Of a DNA stretch of 64,000 nucleotides, positions 1-12,557 are shown piece by piece. The DNA is from Nageia nagi (lineage: Eukaryota; Plantae; Pinophyta): positions 195,548,001 to 195,612,000 of the forward strand of contig JBITNC010000001.1 in the NCBI GenBank assembly GCA_050084985.1, written 5' to 3'. Both the position numbers and the translations under genes were made by a program. The notes below the pieces were generated by a model. It did not search any database. It was not told the DNA's origin and saw only the letters and a program-made list of their open reading frames with translations. Position 1 is the first letter of the stretch; each line of letters starts with the position of its first letter.

Positions 1-1239
1 AAAGAGGAAAAACAAGTTGAAAGGTTTATTGAAAAGATTAGACAAATTCATTTAAAAATCCAAAATCAACTTAAGATAAGCTAAGCCAAGTACAAGATGA
101 GACATTGAAAACATTGATTTGACTATAATTTTCATGTGGAAGACTATGTTTGGTTACATATTAGTAAAGAGAGGTTGTAAGGACTAGCCAATAAGTTGAA
201 ACCTATAAAGTATGAACCATTTGAGATTATGGAGCAAGTGAGGGAGAATGCTTTTAGATTGAATCTACTGACATATATAAACATCTATTTGGTTTTGAAT
301 GTAAAATATTTAAAATTTTTTAAACCATATATGTTTACTAAAAATGAAGGAGGTTCATATCAGATTTTTTCATCTCTTGATGAATTAGCCCCTAATACTA
401 TGGATAAATTCAAAGAGGATTCCATACTATAAAAGAAGGTTCATGCTACAAGAAGAGGTGAGATAGAGCTATGGTTGGTTGGATTTTAAAGTACAAAAGC
501 CTAATAAAGATAAGTGGATGGACAAGTCCATGGTTGGAGAATTATATCCTCATATATGCATTTATAGGACAAAATGCCTTCTCATTAAGGAAGTGTTTTC
601 TAAATTAGATCATGTTAGATTGATCTCGATAAGAGCAATACTCATTCTAGAGGTATTTATGCTTGGATATTGAATAAATACTAAAATATGGAGGTGATTG
701 ATATCAAACATGATGCTAACAACCTAATTATACTATTTTTAGGATCTTAACAATGTGCATTTTGATGAGTTAAGAGTGGAAATTGAAGGGGCATTGATGG
801 TTGGGACAATTGAGCAATAAAGATCATTAAATAGTATATTAAAGATATTTTAGGCCTATTTAAAGGTATGCTACTCTCTTGATTTATAATATTATCTTAA
901 AGAGTTTTGGGATTATAAATATTTAAAGAAAGACTAAAAGTCATTCCATAAATTTTGTAGTTTTGAAGTTATTCTTGTATTACCATTATTTGTAGTATCC
1001 ATAGATAATGAGAAGAGAAGGATCCCATTTCATGCTAGATTATCTCACATTGGCTGAGCCAAGGTAAATCATTATGTTTATTTTATTCTATATGATTAAG
1101 ATTGTTAATTTGTAGTTTTACATTGTGCAATTTTTAATTTATATACAATTTGATGGGTCTCATAATGGTGAGTATTTTTTCATTTGAATTTGTAAGTAAG
1201 GATCCAAGTATGTTACAAGTATCTAATGATTATGGATCA
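1..1239 (+). mobile_element. 3' end of a degenerate Ty3/gypsy (chromovirus-like) LTR retrotransposon: integrase C-terminus, PPT, 3' LTR
   Basis: ORF 196-432 (KPIKYEPFEIMEQVRENAFRLNL) is a GPF-type integrase tail colinear with 48230-48470 (+) and 56698-56898 (-). Purine tract AAGGAAG at 587-593 is followed by TG at 594. The LTR ends GATTATGGATCA at 1239, like the LTR ends of elements C and E. Confidence 0.8.
594..1239 (+). repeat. 3' LTR (TG...CA) of the element above
   Basis: Starts right after the PPT. The distal part (GCTAGAT...TGAGCCAAGGTAAAT) resembles 38343-38380 and 49313-49350. Confidence 0.65.
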
Positions 1240-1249
1240 CAAATTAGCT

Positions 1250-4200
1250 AGCTCTCTATAATTTTTTCACAATAATGTTGGACCCCATACATACACTATG
1301 ATGTGATCTACCATATTTTCCACTACCCCTAATAGGTTTCATGAGAACCTATAGCTTGAGGAATCTAGGATTATGCATAAGGATATCATTAGAATAGTGA
1401 AGGTCTCTCTTTATCTAACTTTACATACCCTATATAGAGATATGTACTTTGATCCATTATGGCTAACATTATAAATCATCTAATCCTCTCTAAAAATATT
1501 AATAACTATAAATTCCCTAGAAGTTGTTGTACTATCAGGAGTTCTCCATCATTCGGTAGTCAAAATAAGCTATAGACATCCTCCTAGGTGATCATCATCT
1601 CCCTTATCAACAAATGATAGATGCATTTATTTACATCCCATCACATAATGAGAAAAATCATGTATGACTTGTTACTCAAAATTAATATTATATTAATCCT
1701 TGGAGCCTCATTACTAGATATACTTTAATTATTATTACTTATATATAGTCAAGAGGACAACAAGTCTTAATAGTGTTAAGCAACCTTTCCTAGGAGCAGC
1801 ATATAGGGGGAATTTAGGCTAGGGATCTTTTCTATCTATGGAACTATTGTAGCATCTTTTCCCATCTGATTGTATTCCAAGGTATTGCTTCTACCTTTGA
1901 TGGTTATCTAGGATTTAAGGAGGGCACCTTCAGTGGAGATGATTCTTATTCTAAGGAGACATACTATCCCATGGATCAAAAATTATTCCACTAGTGAGGA
2001 GACATATTATTATTCCCTAGTTAGCTCCTTGGAGGTCAATGCCATCCTTTATAGGGCTTTGTATTGTGTTCATCATCATTATATATATTATCAAGAGTAT
2101 TTGTATCTCATTTGTATATTGTATTTTCCATCTTATGTATGCATTGGATTATTATTACTATATGTGTTTGTATGTGTCAGACATTGGCTTAGAGAGGTGG
2201 AATACATGTTGTATGATCATTTTGGCTAGACATAGGTGTATTTATGCTTAATAATGAAACCCAAATTAGACATTGCCATAATTGCATGATTATAATCCAT
2301 ATTGGATTCCCTAACTCTAATGTTTCATATTTGAGGGTTTGAGTACTATTGTGGATTCTCTAGTCATGATATCAAGGTTTGATGGTTAGAAATTATTAGT
2401 TTGAGCTTGAGTTGTATTTTGGATCATCGCATAAAACTAGTAACCAAAACCTAATCGATCTCCATAGGACTAACTAGTTCTAGCTGGTATGTGGGTTAGT
2501 TATCCTATACCCCAATTGGTATGATGAGGGTTAATCCCCAAATCAAGATCATCCTCCATCATATCGATACAAAATGTTGAGTTCAACATGGAAAACCCAT
2601 GTATGAAAACTTTTTGAAAGTGAATAAGTCAAAACTTACCCAAATTTAGAAATCTCTATCAAATTTTTTTATTTTCATATAATATACCTTTCTAGTGGAT
2701 TAGTTTTTATTTTTTGTAATTAAATATTTAAAAATATGATACCTTAGCCTAGGATTTACTTGGATTTCTAAGTAAATTCTCTATGCTAAATTGATGTCAA
2801 AAACTAAAACTTCATTCATTTTCTTTATTAATTGCATAGTGATTTACATTATTATCTTCTCCAAATTCAACTTTATTAAGTTTTGAGGTTCTACCTTATT
2901 TTGTGGTGGAGGTCAATTTCCTCCTATAGCCTTTGCCATTTCCTCCTATAGCCTCTACCATGTCACCCGATCAACTATCCAAGAGGTTGCATCAACCTAC
3001 TTATTCATGTGTATTTATCTTGGATTATATCATCTTCCCTAACATCAAGTTTGAAATAGCCAAAACCAATGGAATAGTTGGTTATCTTATGTTGGTATGG
3101 ATCATATTGAATATTATTTTGATTGTTTTAATTTTTACTAGGTTTGACATTTAATCCTTCTTGTAATTTTAATTTAGGTTATATTGTTAAACTGTTAACA
3201 TATAAATTTTATAATTTTGATAGAATGACTAAGGTGATATGATAGGGAGAATTATATATCCTCTATTAATAATATTGGATTTCCACTATTTGATTCTTGT
3301 ATTTAATTTTTAAATTTCCCATTTAAAAGATTTTGATAAATTTTTTAATATGTGGTAATGAAACTAAAATTTTAGGAATAAAAATCTCTAGTGGTGGTAA
3401 TTCTTTATGGACTAATCTAAATTTATTTATTGATTGTGTAAACAATATTCTTGCATCATGGATGATTAAGAATTTTACTATATATATATATAACATCATC
3501 ATTATTTATAATGTTGTTATGGTGTAACTAATTTGATCTATGGATGAGTTATTAACTATCTTATTAGGGTGTATTCTAATATCTAATGGAATTATATTTT
3601 ATGGCTCACTAGGAAATTATGTATTTATTAATGGACCTATTGAGTTATTTGAAACCTTGAAGGGTTGTACCTTTGTATGTGATTGAGTTATATTTGAGAC
3701 CAATAACAAATAGTATTCAATTAAAAATAAGGATAATGCTTTAATAACATAAGATTTCTTATGGATCATCCCATAACATTAATGAGAATTCCAAATTAAG
3801 TAACAATTAATTGGAATATTGTTAATACTTAGATATTTGAAGATCGGAGAGATCATACCTTATTATTACTTTAAATCCAAGTTTATATCTACAAATTATA
3901 AACATATTATGAATTTGGATAAGATAAAATCAACAAGAGATTTTTTCTAAGGTTTATGCTTGATGCTTGATATTTAGAATAATAAAATATGTACTTTTGG
4001 TAAAGCATATGTAATTATTCATGAATAGCATTAGGAAGTTGATTCATAATTCTTCTTTGAGTTTGTGAACTATTCCTTTGTAAGTATAATGAGGAGAATG
4101 ATTAAGCTTTTATATTATTTGACTTTATTCTTGTTATGATTGCATCCTAGTCTAAGTAGACACATATAGGAAATATATAGTAGTTCTTATTGTTTAATGT

Positions 4201-4400
4201 GCATGATTGATTGAATATGCATTATTGTACAAGATAGTTAAACATGCAAAATTATTTATATTTTGATTTGATAAACTATGATCATTTGTTGGATATTATA
4301 ATTGGGAAAGAGATAGTACTTAGGAAGCTCAAGGATAATTCCTTGAATGGAACATATTGTTGGAAGGTGAATTTGGGGCTTAAAAAAATAGGGAACTTAT
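1250..4400 (+). mobile_element. Highly decayed LTR-retrotransposon relic (possible LTR, PBS-like site and coding remnants)
   Basis: PBS-like TGGTATGATGAG near 2517 (cf. tRNA-iMet TGGTATCAGAG). Composition matches other TE relics, but there are no clean domain motifs. Confidence 0.25.
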
Positions 4401-4962
4401 CCCATTAGTATTATGGTAGGTCTTAATGGATATAATGAGTATATATAATATGATGTTATTCAAACTATTGTATAATGAAATCTAATTTTTTTATATGCTA
4501 ATTATTACTAACATTATTTAAGTATTTTTTAAATATTTATTAAGTAGATAAAAAGTTTTTTTTAATGATTACTTCTCAATAAAATATTGTGAAACTAGGA
4601 ATGATTATTGTAGTAATTATTTGCAAATAAAATTATGAAATATTTAGGTAGTAAGTAAATTATGGTTTGTATGATTTATTGCTTATATGTGGAATGGAAA
4701 TATTATGATTAATAAACCTTAAAAAGAATTTAAATTCAATTTTAAGGTTAAGGCTAATTCTATTATATATCAAACCATAGGTTCATCCTTGCCTAGTGGT
4801 TTTTTTATTTGAAAAATACTAATGGATTGGTTATATATTACATGTGATATGGGCTATAAAGATATCATGGTAATTATGATGGTCCCTTATAAGAGTTATG
4901 GAAAAGAAAGGGTAATCAACATCATTAATAGGTGAGTGTTAACAATCTTACTAATTTTAATA

Positions 4963-5418
4963 ATAAGATGATTATGAGTAATCCATGAGGTATTACTCTA
5001 TAAATCTACATTGAGCAATATATGTACTATAAAGGAAAACATGCATAACCCTTAGGAGTTATGGGCCTTAAGGGAAACCCTACTTAGAATTGTGGTTTAG
5101 TTAACTTTGTACAAGATTATGTATGAAAAATACAAGAATGAAAAATAATGTCATTCCTTATAATGAGGTTAAAGAGACTGACCTTTATAAATAAGATGAT
5201 TATGAGTAATCCATGAGGTATTACTCTATAAATCTACATTGAGAAATATATGTACTATAAAGGAAAACATGCATAACCCTTAGATGTTATGGGCCTTAAG
5301 GGAAACCTTACTTAGAATTATGGTTAAGTTATCTTTGTACAAGATTATGTATGAAAAATACAAGAATGAAAAATAATGTCTCTCCTTATGATGAGGTTCA
5401 AGAGACCGACCTTTATAA
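4963..5418. repeat. Tandem duplication, 2 x 228 bp
   Basis: ATAAGATGATTATGAGTAATCC...GACCTTTATAA occurs at 4963-5190 and 5191-5418 with only scattered substitutions. Confidence 0.95.
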
Positions 5419-5799
5419 ATATTTATGTAAAAAAATAATATTTTATCAACCACTTAAATGTTAACTGCAATAATAAAATATAATACTTAAAAGTGGAAAT
5501 ATATTTATTACCAATGATGAAAATTTGATAGAGTGATTTCATAATTAAACTTCAATAATTTATATTCTATTAAAAAAATCCATAGATTATTACAATAAGT
5601 TAGACCAAAGTTGACACTAATACTAAATCAAAAGAAATATGATTAAAAAAATCAATGAAAATATAGTTTTGCATTGTATATATTTATTGAGAATTAATAA
5701 GTCAATTGTAACTACCAATATTCTTATTGGAAGAATAAAAAACTTATAATTTTATATATATCAATTCTAAAACTCCTTTTTACTAAAAAATCTTATTTA

Positions 5800-8700
5800 A
5801 ATAAATTTCTCTCCTGGGGGTCTAGCTTTCACCATCTACTCACCACTTAGGTGGAGTTAGAGATTTAGGAGTAGCAACTTTTATTTCAAACTCACTATGG
5901 AGCTTTGTTACATTGGTATCTGAATCTAAATCCCACTCTATATTTCTTTAGTTCAAGCTTCATCATTCTCACCTCATTCAAGATGTTCTTATTACTATTT
6001 GTTACTTTCCTCCCATCACATCGAATTTTGCTATGCATATTGATGGAGACCCCTACCATGAACTCTATGAGTATATTACTAAGCACTTAGATATAGGTGA
6101 ATTGTTATTGATGGGAGAATTTAATGCTCGAATCAGTACTTTATAAGTTCCTCTCTATGAAATTACAAAAGGATGATATGTAGACTCAATAATTAGACCA
6201 CAATGAACTTAGCTTTGTTAGATCCTCCATTTATACATATGTTACTACTTAGGGGAAGCATCTGCTAGAGTTGGGAGAATTTGACAAGCTCATTATCCTC
6301 AATGGATTATCTTACTTTCTAGATTCTAGAGGGCTCACTTATTTTCCCCATAGTGGTGGAGCTACACCTATAGACTATGTTCTTTCTTCCATTTCTCTTA
6401 TTTCATCCATTTCTCACTACAAGATCTCTTATCATCCTCCTCCCCTCACTAACAACTTAGTACTATTACTTATATTGGTTGCTACCACACCTCATACTCC
6501 ACCACCTCTTTCCTCCACTTCCTCCCCTAAATCTATTATAAACTTTGACTACCATTATTCCATTGCCTATACAGATTATTTACACTAGATTTTATATAGC
6601 CCCTCTTCTCTTTCCACTATTACTAATCATTACACTTTTTTAATAAATGCACTCTAGCTACTTTTGAATCTTATCCTTATTCCATATGATACCCTCCTCA
6701 TCCACATCCCTTAGGTAATTATCCCATGAATATTTAGTATGATGAGGAATAAAAATTTTCTCATAAAACACTAAAACATGCCATTTATTTCTCTTCCCAT
6801 CTCACAACAGCTTCTCATAGAGCCTAGAAAATGCTTCTTTGAAAGAAAAAATGTTAGTTTATCTCTTAGCATAGAATTGATCTTATCCATTCCATATAGA
6901 ATTATCCTAAATTATTTTGGCATCTTGTCCTCCCTAGATATCATGTTAGCCATGAGATCAGTATTTTGAATTGGACCTTCTATGCTTCATCACTCTATAC
7001 CATCCTAACCAACCTATCATATTGCATCCTCCCCCCATTTCTTACCATATATTCACTACTTTACTTATCAAGAAGGCTATTAGAAGACTTTGTATAGGAG
7101 AAGCAACATATTTGGATGTGTTATAGGAAGAATGTTTTAAGCATGGGGGTAAGTGCAACAATTTGAGTCCCATTTTTGGCCAAAAAGTGAAACTATTTTA
7201 CTTGATTTTCATGTTTCATCACAACTAATCTCAAAATTTGAAGTACTTAGAGTTGAAATCTTGAAAAAGATCACTATAGTGAAAATGTAGTGATCAAGGT
7301 ATAGTTTTCAAATATGTAATTTATTTCAATACCTAGATCATAGAAATAAATTTTTGATAGGCATATTTAAAACCAACTATTTAAAAAATATAGTTTTAGA
7401 ACCACACACCCATCATGTCCCTCAAGCATAATTGGATCTAAATTAAAATATTTTCTTAAATTCTTTTGGGTTAAGATACCTAAGACATTAAAGATTGTGG
7501 AGAATATTATTTTGTAATTTTTCATGAAAATTATTATTTTTATTAATTTTTTATTAGACCTAATTATTATTTCGAAAAATGTTCATGTCCCTCAAGCATA
7601 ATTTGTCCTAAACTTATCATTTTCATTTTTTTTTAAATTTTGGAGAATTATATGCAAATTATGGATATATATTTTATTTTTTATAATTCCAAAAAGATAA
7701 AAAGTTATTTATCGAATGCAAAACCTTATTTTTTGAAGTTTATGGACCCTCTTTCATTAGAAATTATATTAAAAATAGAAAATCTAATCCAATTATAAAA
7801 TAAATAGTATATTTAAAATATACACTCTCTCATCCAAACTCCTACAAAATTTCATGAAAAAATACTTTAAAAAGCATCATCAAACACATGTCCAAAGTCG
7901 ATAAACTCCATTAGCATTATTATTATCATGAAGTTGTAGGTCCAAAGCTAAGGTTCATGTCACTAAACCTAATTACAAGTGAAAAGGGTGGGTAAAATTT
8001 TTGAATGTAAGGACCAAGATCTTGAAGGGGTGGGATCTTGACCCCCACGATCTCGATCTTGGCTTAAGGATCCTGAACCAGCCAACACTAATATCCCAAC
8101 CTTGCATTAAGAAAAGTAAGTCCCACTTGTTCCTCCAAAGTGGGACTCAGCTTCTTACACTTACCCATGGCATTAACTCACTTATCAGGACCCTTACTGA
8201 TATCTTAATTCTCACTATTTGCTTAGGATTTCCTGACTCATGGAATCAACATATCATTCATCCTATTCATAAAGCAAGTGATTCACATGAACCTAATAAC
8301 TATACGACCATCATGATTGGTCATATATTTATCAAGATTTATACCGCAACATTAGATGAACTTCTATCTTACAAATTAGAAGAGGAGGAACATAGGGCCA
8401 TGGGCCAAGCTCATTTTCATCAAGACTACAAACCATATCTTAGTCCTCAAAGCTATCATAGAGGAGGCATGTTCCATATCTTTAAAAGTATTTTGTTTCT
8501 TTTTAGATGTTAGAAAAGACTCTCATATTATGCCTTGACATCTACCTTTTGAAAGACTTCAATTGATTGGCATATCTAGATAACTTCTTACAATAATTTC
8601 CAGATTGTATGAGTCAATTATTGGATGCTTTTGTTCCTATCAATGACTCTCTGATAGTATTCTTAGCACTATAGGAGTGAAATAGGCTTGCTTCCTTTCC

Positions 8701-10425
8701 CTAATACTCTTTGGGATATTTATAGATGAGCTTGATTCCTTTCTCCCACCACATACACATGTAGACAATGGATGCTTCATAAAGTTTTGATCTCTCTTCT
8801 ACTTTTTGTTGATGATGTTATCCTTTTAGCTTCAACTGTTGAATGAATCCAACAATAATTAGATTCACTAGCAAATTTTTATACTTTGAGATAATTGTCA
8901 GTGAACCTTACCAAGACTAAGATCATGGTATTCAATAGTACCAAGGAGGTTGTATCCCATCTTCATTTTCATCTCCATGGATAAGCAATATAGATCACAA
9001 AATCCCATGTATATCTTGGAGTTCTTTTCACTAGGCCCACATTATAGATAAAGTCTACCACCTAAGCTCACATTTGTAAGGGATATGGAGCTCTTTCCCC
9101 ACTAGAGAGGAGTTTCTTTAAAGTTCACTTTTGAGATATTCTAGTTTAAATAAAGATATTTGATACCTTGGTTAAGCTAACTATTACTTACAGTTTAGAG
9201 ATATGGAGTCCTAGTCTTAGTTTAGATGAATGGTCTCGTATTGAACAAGTACAAATATTTTTTCTTCAAAGGTTTATACTGTGCAAACATGTAATTCCTC
9301 AATCCATTATCTTTGCAGAGTTTGGAGCTTCACCTATTCAATTGGAATTTATCTTGAAGATCATTACCTATCTTTGTAGGCTTCACACTATGGAAGATAT
9401 CCCTTTTGGATGTAGAAGGTACCTTTACCTTGCTTTATGCTCTTCGATGATCATTTATTTGAGTCTTAGGAGGAGATAAAGGGAGTGGTATTCCAAAGTA
9501 TCTCTACTTCTAAAAAGTATTTAGATTCATATTGATAGAATTCCTCCTTACTCCCTTGGAGTTCCTTAGGTACCATCATGGAATAAGAAGATAAAGATAG
9601 TTCAAGATATTCCTAAAGACATCACTCTCCATTATATCCATTATACTTGGATCTCTTTCATTACTCCCATCTCCACAAAGCTATCCTTTTATCATGAACA
9701 TTTTCTCCATATCCAAGATGGTCAGATGGGCCTCCTCAATACCTCCATCAATTTATGATGCATGGTATAAAAGTCTCATTGGGCAACTTCAAGTATGCTC
9801 CCATCAGCTTTGGGTTGAAGAAGATCACCATATACTGAGAGAGGAGTGGATATGTATGTTTTTTTCCCTAGGAGAAGTAGAAAATTTGCATCATTTTATT
9901 TTTTTGTTGTCCTATGTACTATGAGATTAGAGGTAGATTTTATTCTCTTCAAGAGCAACACTCTATATCAAAATTTTGTAGTTATAAGGATCAACGCTAT
10001 CTCAAACTTTACATTAGAGAAGCAATCCACTTTTGTCAATAGGAAAGCTCTCATCTAAGTGCCTCTCATCATCGTCAATCTTGGTTTATCACAAACTACT
10101 TTAACAACTTTGATAGATCAAGGGTGGATACAGATGTTGGCCGAAAACAACAAGCACCAAATCATATATATACCAACAACAATAGGGTAACTAGACAACG
10201 AACTAGTGGAACTTTGAGAGTCCATACTAGTGATAAATAAAGACAAATCAATAAATGTTTTAGGAGTAATTCATTTGTATCTGATGCTAGAAGAGATTAA
10301 TTATGGATGATCTCTCATCTTTACATAGCATTGTTTTACACTCTTTGTATTCATTTTTTGTTCTCTTTGGTTGGGCACTTTTGGCCCACTGTGAACATTA
10401 ATAATATTTCATTTCATTTCATTTT
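5800..10425 (+). mobile_element. Degenerate non-LTR retrotransposon (APE endonuclease, RT, C-terminal Cys/His motif), RTE/RTE-X-like
   Basis: LMGEFNAR (~6108-6131) and TPIDYVL are APE motifs. RT motifs: FPDSWNQHIIHPIHK...NNYTTIMIG, IGVK*ACFLSLILFGIFIDEL (8671-8733) and LLFVDDVIL (~8797-8825). C-terminal SHQLWVE...REEWIC...GEVENLHHF. The 3' end is a short (CATTT)n repeat at ~10407-10425 instead of poly(A). The 5' boundary is approximate. Confidence 0.8.
7147..8166. mobile_element. Non-autonomous TIR DNA transposon (~1020 bp), ~45-bp imperfect TIRs starting GGGTAAGTG, 4-bp TSD ATGG
   Basis: Left end GGGTAAGTGCAACAATTTGAGTCCCATTTTTGG; reverse complement of the right end GGGTAAGTGTAAGAAGCTGAGTCCCACTTTGG. 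ATGG at 7143-7146 and 8167-8170. Removing the element and one TSD restores the LINE frame EECFKHGINSL. Confidence 0.88.
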
Positions 10426-11566
10426 CTCTACCCTTTTGTGATTACAATGAAATCTAGGAAGATAATGCTTATATAAAGCTCTAATGCAATGTATGTCTTG
10501 TTTGCTAGTGGAATTGTCAAGTGGTGATAGTTCTACGATATAAATCTCATATTCAATTCCCCTCCACTTCGAGAAATACATTACTTTAGCACGCATTGCT
10601 AATGGAAAAGCATATCTCATAAATCTATACTAATCTCCTACAAACGTTAAAAAAACTTTTCCTTTTTTCATAAAAAAAATATACTATCAATAATAAAAAT
10701 ATGCTCATCAAAATTTTAACATATTAAATATAATATATTTAAAATTTAAAATTGATCATTATCTCTACACACAAAAATTGCTGATAGGCACACAAGTTGC
10801 ACGAGCTTTCTATTCATGTCGATGCAACGTTGCGTCTGCTTTTTGAATAACCTAGACCTTAGCCTCCACATCCATTGGTTCTACCAACAAAGGAATAAAA
10901 ACATATCCTTTTTATTTGTAGAACTGTCCACTTCAACGCCACATGGGGAGGACGAAAATGCAACCACATAACACATACCACGATCGATGAAAGCTTAATG
11001 AATCGAGGTTTTCTAATAATTATGGCGATAAAGGGATTAAATTTTTGGGTATTTATGGTGTTTAGTGAGTGCCGGAAAAGCTGCTTGCTTCGATGAACGG
11101 TGACACTGTTTAGGTTAACAACAACGAATAATGGTGCAGCTGCGCACGAATTAAAAATCTACAACTCGGGATACATCATGAAAGCTTTTGTAGACGCAAA
11201 ATCTCAAGCCGCTCAATTAATATCAAGAAAGCAAAAAAAAAAAGATTGGGCTAATGAATATTAGAAAAGGATACATGTCTGTCATTACAAGCCCAAGGGC
11301 ATTATAAACATCCATGACGATGTACACTCGCACCACAAACTGAATTGAATGTGCGAAATTCGAAGCTTAATTAAATACTATCATATGCCTATGACGATAC
11401 TATCATGAATATCAGAGGCTAAGATGTCTATGAAAATACTATCATGAATATTCCCACAATGTTGTTATGCTAATTGTTTATAAAGCAACTGATTGTATAA
11501 GATGCTACAAGTAGAAGAAATGGCACATTTCTTTTCTATACAGAAGAAATCAAAGATGGGCGGGTG

Positions 11567-12490
11567 CTAGCAGCTTCGCTTGTAGATAGCGCAAAGGCGC
11601 TTCCACGAGTTTTCTCGTTGCATCTTCAGCTCCCGGTAGAAATTTCCGATGAACGATTCCGCCTTTGCATACAGTTCCTCCGAGCTCAAACTTCCCTCAT
11701 GCCTACCAACCTTCTCATCTTCTTCACCTACGTCCTCCACTTCTCCCTCTTCAGCGCAAATCTCAAACACAACCGTTTCTCTCACCGAATCCATACGCGG
11801 ACTCAACTGGCTGCGGATGTGCATAGTCTCCCTAGACAGATTGGAAAGCCCAGTAGTAGATCTTCGCAATGAAGTGCATTTTGATTTCTTACAATACAAA
11901 CCACCATTTGAATTGGCCGGCAAATAATCAACCTCCTTCATGTTGCTGCTCTTTTCTTGTGTTTTGCCTGCACTTTCCTTGATATCTCTTACAAGATCGG
12001 TGCATGCATTTGCTTTTGAATCACTCGTTTCGTCTGGCTTGCTTACATTTCCACATCCAGAACTGATCATGCTCATGTTGGTAATGGAATTGGTGTAAAT
12101 ATGGGTCTGAATCCCAAACTCTAGAGAGTCCTCCACATTAACGTGAGAATCAGCATCGCCATTCGCATAGGCACCCGATTGGATGAAATTAGTGACAGGG
12201 TGGGCTTCCGCATAGTCTGAATGGAAGGCGGTGAGAGCTCCGGATTGAATACCAAGAGCGAGGATAAGAATATTCAGAAAAACATATAGGCAGGAGGGAG
12301 TGATCCAATTCCACACATTTGGAGCTATTACCGTAAACACAAACTCAGCTGTGGGCTGAACGTGACGGATAGCTAAGGGGATCAATGCAGCTACAGGGAA
12401 TGGGATGGAGATCACAACAAGGAGTGTAGTGGTTACTATTGCTGCTAATCTCACCCTTGACATAGTCAATTCTCCACTCCTATTAAACAT
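11567..12490 (-). CDS. Intronless DUF4408 + DUF761 (cotton-fibre-expressed-like / pathogen-associated-protein-like) membrane protein, ~307 aa
   Basis: Long intact ORF in a GC/CpG-rich island. Hydrophobic N-terminus, then WITPSCLYVFLNILILAL (DUF4408-type), and C-terminal EELYAKAESFIGNFYRELKMQRENSWKR (DUF761-type). First in-frame ATG is at 12490 (MFNRSG), with an alternative at 12463; the ORF-track start at 12700 is a TTG. Confidence 0.88.
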   Translation of the reverse strand: MFNRSGELTMSRVRLAAIVTTTLLVVISIPFPVAALIPLAIRHVQPTAEFVFTVIAPNVWNWITPSCLYVFLNILILALGIQSGALTAFHSDYAEAHPVTNFIQSGAYANGDADSHVNVEDSLEFGIQTHIYTNSITNMSMISSGCGNVSKPDETSDSKANACTDLVRDIKESAGKTQEKSSNMKEVDYLPANSNGGLYCKKSKCTSLRRSTTGLSNLSRETMHIRSQLSPRMDSVRETVVFEICAEEGEVEDVGEEDEKVGRHEGSLSSEELYAKAESFIGNFYRELKMQRENSWKRLCAIYKRSC

Positions 12491-12524
12491 AATCTCAAGT
12501 ATTATGCCCAGACCTATGACTCTT

Positions 12525-12557
12525 AAACTGAAACTGAAACAGAAACAGAAACAAAAC
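12525..12557. repeat. Hexamer microsatellite (GAAACW)n in the probable 5' UTR
   Basis: AAACTGAAACTGAAACAGAAACAGAAACAAAAC lies just upstream of the ATG. Confidence 0.7.

Noticed and set aside
8001-8513. 170-aa ORF as a chimeric gene
   Set aside because: It is chance read-through from the TIR element end (TTG start) into a broken LINE RT fragment.
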